The translations under genes and the position numbers were made by a program. From the NCBI GenBank assembly GCA_001029635.1, contig CP011209.1, forward strand, positions 484,970-548,969: a stretch of 64,000 nt of DNA, written 5' to 3'. Source of the DNA: Candidatus Wolfebacteria bacterium GW2011_GWB1_47_1. GTDB lineage: Bacteria; Patescibacteriota; Minisyncoccia; UBA6257; UBA9933. The notes below the pieces were generated by a model, which saw only the letters and a list, made by a program, of their open reading frames with translations, was not told where the DNA came from and ran no database searches. Below, piece by piece: positions 17,753 to 25,662 of this stretch (position 1 is its first letter; each line of letters begins with the position of its first letter).

Positions 17753-18085
17753 ATGGACAAGCAAAAACTTATTACAATCGCAAAGGATCAGCTTAAAGGA
17801 GGTATCGGAGAAGATCAAGTTCGGGAATTGTTGACGTATCGGGGAGTTGAAGCGAACGATGTTGCTGAAATTATGCAGGAGGTTTTGCGTGCAGAAACGC
17901 AGCCTGTTACAGCAGAGGCCGAAGATGTCGTCCAAAAAGCGGATATGGTAATTGCAGAACTTATCCCAGATGCGCCGACTCAGCCCGAATATATTAAAAA
18001 GGAGCGTAATATCCTCCTGTTATCCATCGCCGCATTATTCATCCTTTTGATTACGGGATCGGTCGTCTATTATTTTTATTTCTGA
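17753..18085 (+). CDS. Small membrane-anchored protein carrying the same N-terminal about 45-aa domain as 15879..17597
   Basis: MDKQKLITIAKDQLKGGIGEDQVRELLTYRGVEANDVAEIMQEV aligns with the N-terminus of the upstream 572-aa protein. C-terminal TM helix. Confidence 0.55.
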   Translation: MDKQKLITIAKDQLKGGIGEDQVRELLTYRGVEANDVAEIMQEVLRAETQPVTAEAEDVVQKADMVIAELIPDAPTQPEYIKKERNILLLSIAALFILLITGSVVYYFYF

Positions 18086-18086
18086 T

Positions 18087-18662
18087 ATGGAGCGTCGCGT
18101 ATTTATCATACATGGATGGGGTGCCGCCCCCGAGCGGGAGTGGTTCCCGTGGCTACGCGAGCAGCTTGAACATCACAATCTTGATGTCATCATTCCCGCG
18201 ATGCCTCATACGGAGCACCCTGTGATCGAAGAATGGGTTGCGATGCTGCGTACCGTTGCGGGAGCGCTTCGTCCTACGGATATCTTTGTCGGACATAGCG
18301 TCGGGTGTCAGGCCATCATGCGTTTTTTTGAACAAGAGAATGTATCCTCCGTTGCTGGGTTTATTTGTGTTGCCGGATGGTTTACCTTGCGAGGTGTTGA
18401 AACGGGAGAGGAGTGGGCGATTGCCAAGCCGTGGCTTGATACGCCGATCGATCTTGCGATGGTTAAACGCACTGCTGGTTCGATTACCGCAATCTTTTCC
18501 GAATCTGATCCGTATGTTGATCTTGCTATTAATCGAGATATGTTCGAGCAGCAACTGGGTGCACGGATTATCATCGAACATGATAAGGGGCATTTTAGCG
18601 AGGATAATGGCATCTATGAATTGCCAATCGTTCGGGATACTATTTTAACACTGATACAGTAA
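18087..18662 (+). CDS. Alpha/beta-hydrolase, RBBP9/YdeN-like serine hydrolase
   Basis: IIHGWGAAPEREWFPWL and nucleophile elbow VGHSVGC. About 190 aa, typical for this family. Confidence 0.65.
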   Translation: MERRVFIIHGWGAAPEREWFPWLREQLEHHNLDVIIPAMPHTEHPVIEEWVAMLRTVAGALRPTDIFVGHSVGCQAIMRFFEQENVSSVAGFICVAGWFTLRGVETGEEWAIAKPWLDTPIDLAMVKRTAGSITAIFSESDPYVDLAINRDMFEQQLGARIIIEHDKGHFSEDNGIYELPIVRDTILTLIQ

Positions 18663-18667
18663 ACCAT

Positions 18668-19354
18668 ATGAACAAGCCATTACGATTTGGGCACCGGGGA
18701 GCATCCGGTTATTTCCCGGAAAACACACTCGCAGCTTTTCAAAAGGCTATTGATCTTGGAGTTGATATGGTCGAATTGGATGTGCATCGGTGTAAGACGG
18801 GGGAGATCGTCGTGATGCATGATGACACGGTCGATCGGACTACGAACGGGTATGGGCGTGTCGCCGATCTTGCTCTGGACGCATTGCGAATGCTCGATGC
18901 CGGGCAGGGGGAGCGGGTCGTTACGCTCGAGGAAGTCCTTGATATGCTCGATCATCGGGTTGGAGCCGTTGTCGAGTTGAAAGAAGCGGAAGTCATCGAA
19001 CCAACCGCGGAGATCATCAATCGGTACATTTCTGAAAAGGGCTGGGCAGTCGACCAATTCTCAGTGACCGCATTTGATCATTATCTGTTGCGAACGTTTC
19101 ATAAATTGTGTCCACGAGTACGCCTGGGTGCGATCTTGGCCGGCAACCCTATCGGCTATGCGGAATTCGGACAGCGTCTTGGGGCCGCTTCGGTTAATAT
19201 GGCTCACCCATTTTTGACCCAGGAATTCGTATATGATGCCCATGAGCGTGGATTACAGGTGTTTGCCTGGCCTGTAGACGAGCCGCGGGATATCGAACGC
19301 ATGAAATCGATAGGCGTGGATGGGATTTTTTCCAATTTTCCTGATAGAATCTAA
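18668..19354 (+). CDS. Glycerophosphodiester phosphodiesterase
   Basis: FGHRGASGYFPENTLAAFQKAIDLGVDMVELDVHRCKTGEIVVMHDDT matches the GDPD catalytic motif pattern. Confidence 0.85.
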   Translation: MNKPLRFGHRGASGYFPENTLAAFQKAIDLGVDMVELDVHRCKTGEIVVMHDDTVDRTTNGYGRVADLALDALRMLDAGQGERVVTLEEVLDMLDHRVGAVVELKEAEVIEPTAEIINRYISEKGWAVDQFSVTAFDHYLLRTFHKLCPRVRLGAILAGNPIGYAEFGQRLGAASVNMAHPFLTQEFVYDAHERGLQVFAWPVDEPRDIERMKSIGVDGIFSNFPDRI

Positions 19355-19491
19355 GCCAGGTTTACCTTGTATTCGAAATTCGTCGCGTCCATCTATCTAC
19401 TGGCGGGCGAACGTAAAATATATCCGTTTTGCAGGGTGAATTCGTACTCTCGGGTTGACATTTTCTGGGTCTTCGGGTATCTTTAACTGAT

Positions 19492-19815
19492 ATGAAATTC
19501 GCAGTCATCGAAACAGGGGGAAAGCAATATAAGGTTTCCGCCGGACAAAAATTGAAGGTTGAGAAATTGGAAGTCGAGATCGGACAGCAGTTCGTCTTCG
19601 ACAAAGTGCTCCTCGTCGCCGATGAGCAGAAGGACAGCGCCGATGCGACCATCGGAGCTCCGTATGTCACTAACGCGAAGGTTGAGGCAACCGTGTTGAG
19701 CAAGGATCGCGACGACAAGAAGATCGTCTTCCGCTACCACAATAAGAACCGCTACCGAAAGTTTAAGACGCATAGGCAGCATTATACTGAGGTGGAAATT
19801 AACACCATTGGCTAA
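19492..19815 (+). CDS. rplU: 50S ribosomal protein L21
   Basis: MKFAVIETGGKQYKVSAGQKLKVEKLE canonical L21 N-terminus. About 110-nt 5' leader upstream with a TTGACA box at about 19465. Confidence 0.9.
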   Translation: MKFAVIETGGKQYKVSAGQKLKVEKLEVEIGQQFVFDKVLLVADEQKDSADATIGAPYVTNAKVEATVLSKDRDDKKIVFRYHNKNRYRKFKTHRQHYTEVEINTIG

Positions 19816-19940
19816 AATTCTTCGCCATTTTGCGAGCTGTTGTGTTGCGGGTCCCTGTTGGTTCGGTCGATGTACCAGTAAGTACATCCTCCTCCCCACC
19901 TTTCCCGCGCCTTACATCTCATCAAAATTGCAAACAATTT
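19816..19940 (+). ncRNA. Structured intergenic element, copy B
   Basis: Same core as A/C (ttgcgggtccctgttggttcggtcgatgtaccagtaagtac...tttcccgcgcc). Outer imperfect stem aaaattcttcgccattttg / caaaattgcaaacaatttt. Begins right after the rplU stop. Confidence 0.5.
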
Positions 19941-20026
19941 TCCAGAAAGAATCGTCGGATAAAAACCGGCGATTTTTTGTCGGTTGAAAGAAAAATTATA
20001 GCGAAAACGTAGTATACTGTATCTAT

Positions 20027-20617
20027 ATGATCGAGCATGGGCATTGTGCCGAAAAAACCGATGAGGAATTGGTCGCGCTTACTCTCCAAGACCGGGAAAT
20101 GTACGCGTGCCTGATTCGTCGATATGAAGCGCCGCTTGCGCGGTATGTTTGGCGCATCTCGGGTTATTCTGATGATGACATTGCCGATATTTTGCAAAAT
20201 GCGTTTATCAGCGCGTACCGTAATTTGAACGACTTTGATCCGTCGCTCAAGTTTTCTTCATGGTTGTATCGAATCGCACATAATGAAACGATATCTCAGC
20301 ATCGCAAGCGGCATGCCCGCCCGCAGACCATTGCAGTCGAGGAGGGAGATGATGTATTCGAGCTGCTTGCGTCCGAGGTTGATGTCGTACGTGATGCGGA
20401 TCGAAAGATGACTGCGCGCCGGATCCGCGAGGTGCTTGAAACAATGGATCCGAAGTATCGCGATGTGTTGGTGTTGAAGTTTCTTGAGGATAAGGATTAT
20501 CGTGAAATATCGGATATTCTTCAGAAGCCGATGGGCACCATTGCGACGCTTATCAATCGCGCGAAAAAACAGTTCCGAGAACGGGTTGAAGCAGGAGGGA
20601 TACTATTAACGAATTAA
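20027..20617 (+). CDS. ECF-type RNA polymerase sigma-70 family factor
   Basis: Region 2 (ILQNAFISAYRNLNDFDP...SWLYRIAHNETISQHRKR) and a region 4 HTH at the C-terminus. Confidence 0.8.
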   Translation: MIEHGHCAEKTDEELVALTLQDREMYACLIRRYEAPLARYVWRISGYSDDDIADILQNAFISAYRNLNDFDPSLKFSSWLYRIAHNETISQHRKRHARPQTIAVEEGDDVFELLASEVDVVRDADRKMTARRIREVLETMDPKYRDVLVLKFLEDKDYREISDILQKPMGTIATLINRAKKQFRERVEAGGILLTN

Positions 20618-21438
20618 TGATTATGAAAGATTTTTCTAAAGACATATTACATACCATAGAGGAGCGGGACATTGCGCCGTTGCCACGATGGATCTTTTTG
20701 ATGCGCCAAACCGCTTTGCTTGGCGGCTTTGTACTCTCGGTGTTAATCGGCGGAGTTTCTGTTTCCGTCATCTTGTTTGCATTAGGAGACATCGACCCGG
20801 GAGCGGAACGTATGATACGTATGCATCCCGGACCATTCTTGATTACGTATTTGCCGTATGTGTGGGTTTTAACTATGATCGCGTTTGGTATTATTGCGTA
20901 TTACGACATGCGCAGCATTAAAGGAGCGTATCGCTACCGCGCTGTCACAATCCTTAGTGCAAGCATTGTCGCGAGTATTATTGTCGGTGGCGTATTGCAT
21001 ACTGTTGGAGCGGGGCGTATTGCCGAGCGGCGATTTGCCGATGTAGTGCCGCAGTATCAAGCGTTTGAAACGCGCAAAATGCATCTTTGGATGCGTCCGG
21101 AGGATGGCATGCTTGCAGGCGTGATCGTCTCTGGATCGGCGACATCGACCCTTGTGTTGGAAGATTTTTCGGGAATACGATGGACTGTTGATGTTTCCGA
21201 TGCGGTGCAGCGAGGATTGATCTTAGGAGACTTTGGAGAGCGCGTGCGTGTGGCTGGTTCTCTTACTGGACCCGCGGTATTTCATGCGACCGATATATTC
21301 CCGTGGACCCGGCGTGGCTCTGTAATAAATCGAGAGCAAGGTATGATACGAGACGAAGTTTTTTCACGCCGATTTCCGGATGAATCTGGGCAACAAGGAA
21401 TGATGCTGCGTGAAAGAAATTTGCATCTTGCCCCGTAA
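20617..21438 (+). CDS. Putative anti-sigma factor / membrane protein, start overlaps the sigma gene stop (ATGA)
   Basis: Translationally coupled to the ECF sigma. Two to three TM helices after a short cytoplasmic N-terminus, the usual anti-sigma layout. Confidence 0.5.
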   Translation: MIMKDFSKDILHTIEERDIAPLPRWIFLMRQTALLGGFVLSVLIGGVSVSVILFALGDIDPGAERMIRMHPGPFLITYLPYVWVLTMIAFGIIAYYDMRSIKGAYRYRAVTILSASIVASIIVGGVLHTVGAGRIAERRFADVVPQYQAFETRKMHLWMRPEDGMLAGVIVSGSATSTLVLEDFSGIRWTVDVSDAVQRGLILGDFGERVRVAGSLTGPAVFHATDIFPWTRRGSVINREQGMIRDEVFSRRFPDESGQQGMMLRERNLHLAP

Positions 21439-21526
21439 TAATATATGAAGGCCTTGCTGTTTGATCTGCAACCGTGCACATTGTTTGGTCCTGTAGCTTT
21501 GCCTGAAATATAAAACAGTTATTATT

Positions 21527-21964
21527 ATGAACAAAAAAATTACAGTAGGAATTATTGGATTGGCTGTTGTTGCGGGCGTCGCGGGAATCGCGGCGAGCAC
21601 GACGTATGCCAAAGGTGGTATGATGAATGGGCGCGGTATGGGTAATGCTACATCAACCGCCGCCATTGCGGCGCAGCGGGAGGTTATGGATGCTCATCGC
21701 GAAACGGTTGATAAGGCCATTCAGGCGGGAGATTATACGGCCTGGAAGGCTGCTATGAGCACGCTTCCCGGCAACGGACGAGGATCTGATATGACTAGCG
21801 TCATCACCGAAGCTAATTTTCCTCGACTCGTAGAAATGCACAAGCTTATGACCCAGGCCGATGCCATCCGGCAGGAGCTTGGCTTGAACGAGCGGGGAGG
21901 TATGGGAATGCATGGGCGCGGACAAGGTAGGGGCATGCATATTCAAGTTACTAGCACCCAATAA
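21527..21964 (+). CDS. Secreted Gly/Met/His-rich protein (signal peptide plus GMGMHGRGQGRGMH-type motifs)
   Basis: N-terminal signal peptide MNKKITVGIIGLAVVAGVAGIAAS. Repeated M/G/H clusters reminiscent of Cu(I)-binding Met motifs. Confidence 0.45.
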   Translation: MNKKITVGIIGLAVVAGVAGIAASTTYAKGGMMNGRGMGNATSTAAIAAQREVMDAHRETVDKAIQAGDYTAWKAAMSTLPGNGRGSDMTSVITEANFPRLVEMHKLMTQADAIRQELGLNERGGMGMHGRGQGRGMHIQVTSTQ

Positions 21965-21981
21965 AAATTTATTACCAATAT

Positions 21982-22015
21982 AAAAACACGGCGCGTGAGG
22001 CGCCGTGTTTTTTTG
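21982..22015 (+). terminator. Rho-independent terminator aaaaacacggcgcgtgaggcgccgtgtttttttg (copy 1 of an identical pair)
   Basis: Perfect palindrome cacggcgc-gtgag-gcgccgtg flanked by A- and T-runs. An identical 34-mer sits at 22772-22805. Confidence 0.8.
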
Positions 22016-22017
22016 TT

Positions 22018-22758
22018 ATGGATATGATATATAATTCAACTATGAAAATTGTTAAGAAAATCGTATTAGCCTTGCGTTTTATTTTATTAGACCAGGTATT
22101 TTCGATGAAAATAAAAAAGATGAGCGGGGGAGATTATTTTATTGCCGAAACAATTCCATATCAGTGCCAATTTGCCACTCCTGAGTTGGTAGCGGATATA
22201 TTGGAAAAACGTATAAAAGGAGAAGACGACCCTAATTGGAATAATTTCGGGTTTCCTGATAGAGAAGAGTATGCATATTGGAGTTGGCGGGCGTGTGGGG
22301 TTGCCTGTCTTAAAATGGTGGTTGATTTTTATGCGTTGGCGGGGAAAACCATTGGCGAACTAACGTATGAAGGAGTTAAACTTGGCGGTTATGACGTGAG
22401 TGCTGATAGAGGGTGGTTTTACAAGCCCTTACTTAATCAAGCTCAGAATTATGGATTGACTGGATATACCGTTTCGCATTTCGGCATCGCTTCCATTTGT
22501 GAGCTGATGAAGAAAAAGCGTTTCTTCGTTGCTTCTGTGAATCCATCTTTGATCCGCTTTGATAAGACCGGTGTTAATGAAGAGCCGGGCGGGCACCTTG
22601 TTTTAGTGATTGGCTGCAGGGTAAAGAGTGGGGCTATCGAAGGCTTCTTTATTCATAACCCATCGGGCAAGCTAGATGAAACGAGAAGAAAAACATTTAT
22701 ACCTATAGATGTTTTTAATAAGGCATATAGTAAAAAAGGAATTGCCATCTGGAGATAA
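22018..22758 (+). CDS. Papain-like cysteine peptidase, C39-like (Peptidase_C39_2-type) domain protein. AT-rich cassette gene.
   Basis: YWSWRACGVACLKMV (candidate catalytic Cys) and GGHLVLVIGC (candidate His). Markedly lower GC than neighbours. Bracketed by identical 34-bp terminator copies. Confidence 0.45.
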   Translation: MDMIYNSTMKIVKKIVLALRFILLDQVFSMKIKKMSGGDYFIAETIPYQCQFATPELVADILEKRIKGEDDPNWNNFGFPDREEYAYWSWRACGVACLKMVVDFYALAGKTIGELTYEGVKLGGYDVSADRGWFYKPLLNQAQNYGLTGYTVSHFGIASICELMKKKRFFVASVNPSLIRFDKTGVNEEPGGHLVLVIGCRVKSGAIEGFFIHNPSGKLDETRRKTFIPIDVFNKAYSKKGIAIWR

Positions 22759-22771
22759 GAGGCGCTATATA

Positions 22772-22805
22772 AAAAACACGGCGCGTGAGGCGCCGTGTTT
22801 TTTTG
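22772..22805. terminator. Identical second copy of the 34-bp palindromic terminator. Bidirectional, also serves recR on the minus strand.
   Basis: 100% identical to 21982-22015. The recR stop codon abuts it at 22807. Confidence 0.8.
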
Positions 22806-22806
22806 C

Positions 22807-23406
22807 TTAAATGCGTCGCTCTAGGGCTTGTTCGAGCGTGTCCTCGTCGGCAAACTCTATTTCGCCACCCGTGGGAATACCTCGGCCAAGGCGAGTGAAT
22901 TTCTTTGCGTAGCCCTCGAGTTCATTTTTGATGACCATGGCATTGAGATCGCCGTATGTCGTCGGGTTGGTTGCGATAATTACTTCGTCGGCCTGGCCGT
23001 CCAGCTTTTTCCCGATAATGTTCTTGAGGTGGCTCATGCGCAACTTTTGGGTCGCATCGAGGATGCCACCCTTGGTCAGCTCACCAATGATCAGATAGCG
23101 ACCATTAAACCTCCTTGTTCGTTCGATAGACATGAGGTCGGTTTCTTTCTCAACTATCATGATGATATTCTGCACTCGGTGTGGATTTTCGCAGATACCA
23201 CAGAGGCTTCCTTCGTTGGAATGAATGAAGAAACAATTAGTACATACCTTGATGGAGGCGAGGTCGATGATGCCCCGTGCCGCTTCGTTAATCTTACTTT
23301 TACCGCTTCCGATCAAAAAGAAGGCGAGCCGTGTCGCTTGCCGTGGTCCAATACCTGGCAATTTTGCAAATACGTCGATGAAGTTGCGGATTTGTTGTGG
23401 GAGCAT
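22807..23406 (-). CDS. recR: Recombination protein RecR
   Basis: N-terminal helix-hairpin-helix (LPGIGPRQATRLAFFL), Cys4 zinc finger CTNCFFIHSNEGSLCGIC, Toprim domain. Confidence 0.9.
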   Translation of the reverse strand: MLPQQIRNFIDVFAKLPGIGPRQATRLAFFLIGSGKSKINEAARGIIDLASIKVCTNCFFIHSNEGSLCGICENPHRVQNIIMIVEKETDLMSIERTRRFNGRYLIIGELTKGGILDATQKLRMSHLKNIIGKKLDGQADEVIIATNPTTYGDLNAMVIKNELEGYAKKFTRLGRGIPTGGEIEFADEDTLEQALERRI

Positions 23407-23513
23407 AAGGAATGGGGTTGGAGATTAGAGGTGAGAGGTATGAAAATAAAAATGCGTCGCCTGAGCGGCTCCCTGATTTTTGCCTCGTACCCCCGGTCTC
23501 ATATCTCGTAATA

Positions 23514-24860
23514 TCAAATTGTATGTACCGTGTCCACCTCAGTAAAGGAAACCTTTTCCGGATTCCAAAGAAGTGGAACATCTCCGAGCGGGCCGTTGCG
23601 GTGCTTGGTTACGAGTAGCGCTGATCTGTTCTTTTCTTCTGCCGACATCAAGTCTTTGACGTCGCGATTGTATCGGTGGATGAACATGACGACATCCGCG
23701 TCTTGTTCCCACGAACCGGTTTCGCGTAGGTCGGAAAGTTTTGGTTCTCCACCGCGGGATTCGATGTTGCGGCTGAGCTGCGACAAGGCAAGTACTGGGA
23801 CGTTGAGTTCGCGGGCTAGACCTTTGATACCATGCGAAATTTCGGTGAACTGTTGGACGCTGTTATCACCATGGCGACTCGGTTGAATGAGTTGTACGTA
23901 GTCGATCACGATCAGGTCAAGCTCATGTTCCATCTTGAGTTTGCGGGCCATTGAGCGAATTTGTAGAACCGTTGGGGATGGCGTGTCGTCGACATAGATC
24001 TTCATGCGGGAAAGGCGGTCGAGTGCCGCCTGGATCATCTGGAAGTCCATCTCGTCAGTAATACGGCCAGAGCGCAGGTTCCATAATGGAACGCCTGATT
24101 CGGTCGAGATAAGGCGGTCAATGATCTGTTCCTTGGACATTTCGAGCGAGAATACAGCAACTGATGCGCCGGCCTTTGCGGCACCACGCACCATGTCGAG
24201 TGTAACCGCGGTTTTACCCATAGATGGTCGAGCCCCGAGGATGATCATGTCGGACTTTTGGAATCCTGAGAGTAAATTATCGAGCCCCTTGAAGCCTGAG
24301 CTTGTTCCTGAAAGGCCTTCCATACCGAGGTTTCGTTCCATGCGCTCGTATGCCGCCTTGAGATGATCGGAGATTGGGGTAAATGCGTACGTTTTTGACT
24401 TTTGATTGATCGCAAAGATCTTCTGCTCGATCATATCGAGCATTTCGTCCGGATCTTCCTGGTTTTGGAACACGTCTTCGCTGATGCGCGCCGCAGTGGT
24501 TAATAGTTCGCGTAAGACTTTCTTTTGCTTTACTATGCCGCCATAGTGGTCTACGTGCGCGGAAGAAGGTACCGAGTTGATAAGCTCGGTTAAGTAAGAT
24601 GAGCCGCCGACGGCGTCCATCTGGTTTTTATCCTTAAGCTTATTAGTTACGGTTAGGACGTCGATTGGTTGATTCTTCTCAAACAGTTCGACTATTGACG
24701 TGAAGATCTTTTGGTGTGCGGGTACATAAAAATCTTTCTCTTCGAGAAAGTCCACAACGCGCAATATAGAGTTTTTATCGAGCATAAGTGCACCAAGAAC
24801 TGACTTCTCTGCGTCGAGATCTTGAGGCGGCACTTTCGGGTCGAGATTTCCTTTTGCCAT
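23514..24860 (-). CDS. dnaB: Replicative DNA helicase DnaB
   Basis: Walker A GARPSMGKTAVTLDM, LEMSKEQ, Walker B DLIVIDYVQL and the DnaB N-terminal domain. Confidence 0.9.
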   Translation of the reverse strand: MAKGNLDPKVPPQDLDAEKSVLGALMLDKNSILRVVDFLEEKDFYVPAHQKIFTSIVELFEKNQPIDVLTVTNKLKDKNQMDAVGGSSYLTELINSVPSSAHVDHYGGIVKQKKVLRELLTTAARISEDVFQNQEDPDEMLDMIEQKIFAINQKSKTYAFTPISDHLKAAYERMERNLGMEGLSGTSSGFKGLDNLLSGFQKSDMIILGARPSMGKTAVTLDMVRGAAKAGASVAVFSLEMSKEQIIDRLISTESGVPLWNLRSGRITDEMDFQMIQAALDRLSRMKIYVDDTPSPTVLQIRSMARKLKMEHELDLIVIDYVQLIQPSRHGDNSVQQFTEISHGIKGLARELNVPVLALSQLSRNIESRGGEPKLSDLRETGSWEQDADVVMFIHRYNRDVKDLMSAEEKNRSALLVTKHRNGPLGDVPLLWNPEKVSFTEVDTVHTI

Positions 24861-24991
24861 AGTCGTTCGTATACTCCATTGTATGGTAAGCAGCTGCGGT
24901 TGCCAAGTAGTTTGACAGGGCTAATAAAATGGGTCTATATACATCTTTTACATATTGCTTTTTATCTGTGAATACTATTAAATTATTTCTA

Positions 24992-25603
24992 ATGATGCGA
25001 ACGCTCTATTTTAAGGTTCCTCGGAAAATGCGCCTATTTGTGGTCCTTTTGATCATGATGTTTCTGGCATATTTTGTCGGGCGGTTTTTGCTTGCCCAGA
25101 CGAAGACCGTCCCGGGTGATTTTATGCAGGCTCGACAAGATGCTTCGCTTATTGCTCAGAATATCGTCGGCATGTCCAAAGAGTCGGCAAAGCGCATTGG
25201 CGACATTTCCGCATTGAACAACGAGAGAAAATATCCTGAGGCGCTTGAGTTAGTCAAACAGGAAATCGAACGGAATCGGCAGATCAGGGATAAGGCGATA
25301 GCCTTGTCTGGGTATCTACAGACCATGACCGTAAATGTTTCGGGCATTGAACCGAGGGTTTCTGCGGAAACAGCCCTGGAGGCTGTGAGTACCGAAGTTA
25401 CGCTTATTGGACATCTGCTGACATATAATGATTATTTGAATCAGCTGCTCGTTGCCATCAAGGGGCAGATCATGGGTGACGGTGATGTATCCGCAGAGAC
25501 CATTTCTGATCTGGTCAAGAAGATCAATGACGAATCCATTGTGGTTAATGTGATGAATGATAAGTTTAATGAACAGATGACAAAGTTCGATCGAGGATTT
25601 TAA
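24992..25603 (+). CDS. Hypothetical membrane-anchored protein (one TM plus a coiled soluble domain)
   Basis: The ORF-track start 24929 lies upstream of a promoter-like TTGACA-17-TATATA (24912-24940). The first plausible start is ATG 24992 (MMRTLYF). No family recognised. Confidence 0.4.
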   Translation: MMRTLYFKVPRKMRLFVVLLIMMFLAYFVGRFLLAQTKTVPGDFMQARQDASLIAQNIVGMSKESAKRIGDISALNNERKYPEALELVKQEIERNRQIRDKAIALSGYLQTMTVNVSGIEPRVSAETALEAVSTEVTLIGHLLTYNDYLNQLLVAIKGQIMGDGDVSAETISDLVKKINDESIVVNVMNDKFNEQMTKFDRGF

Positions 25604-25662
25604 TACATACAGAATATGAAACCTGTCCGAGTGGGCAGGTTTTTTGGTATACTAAAAGCACT

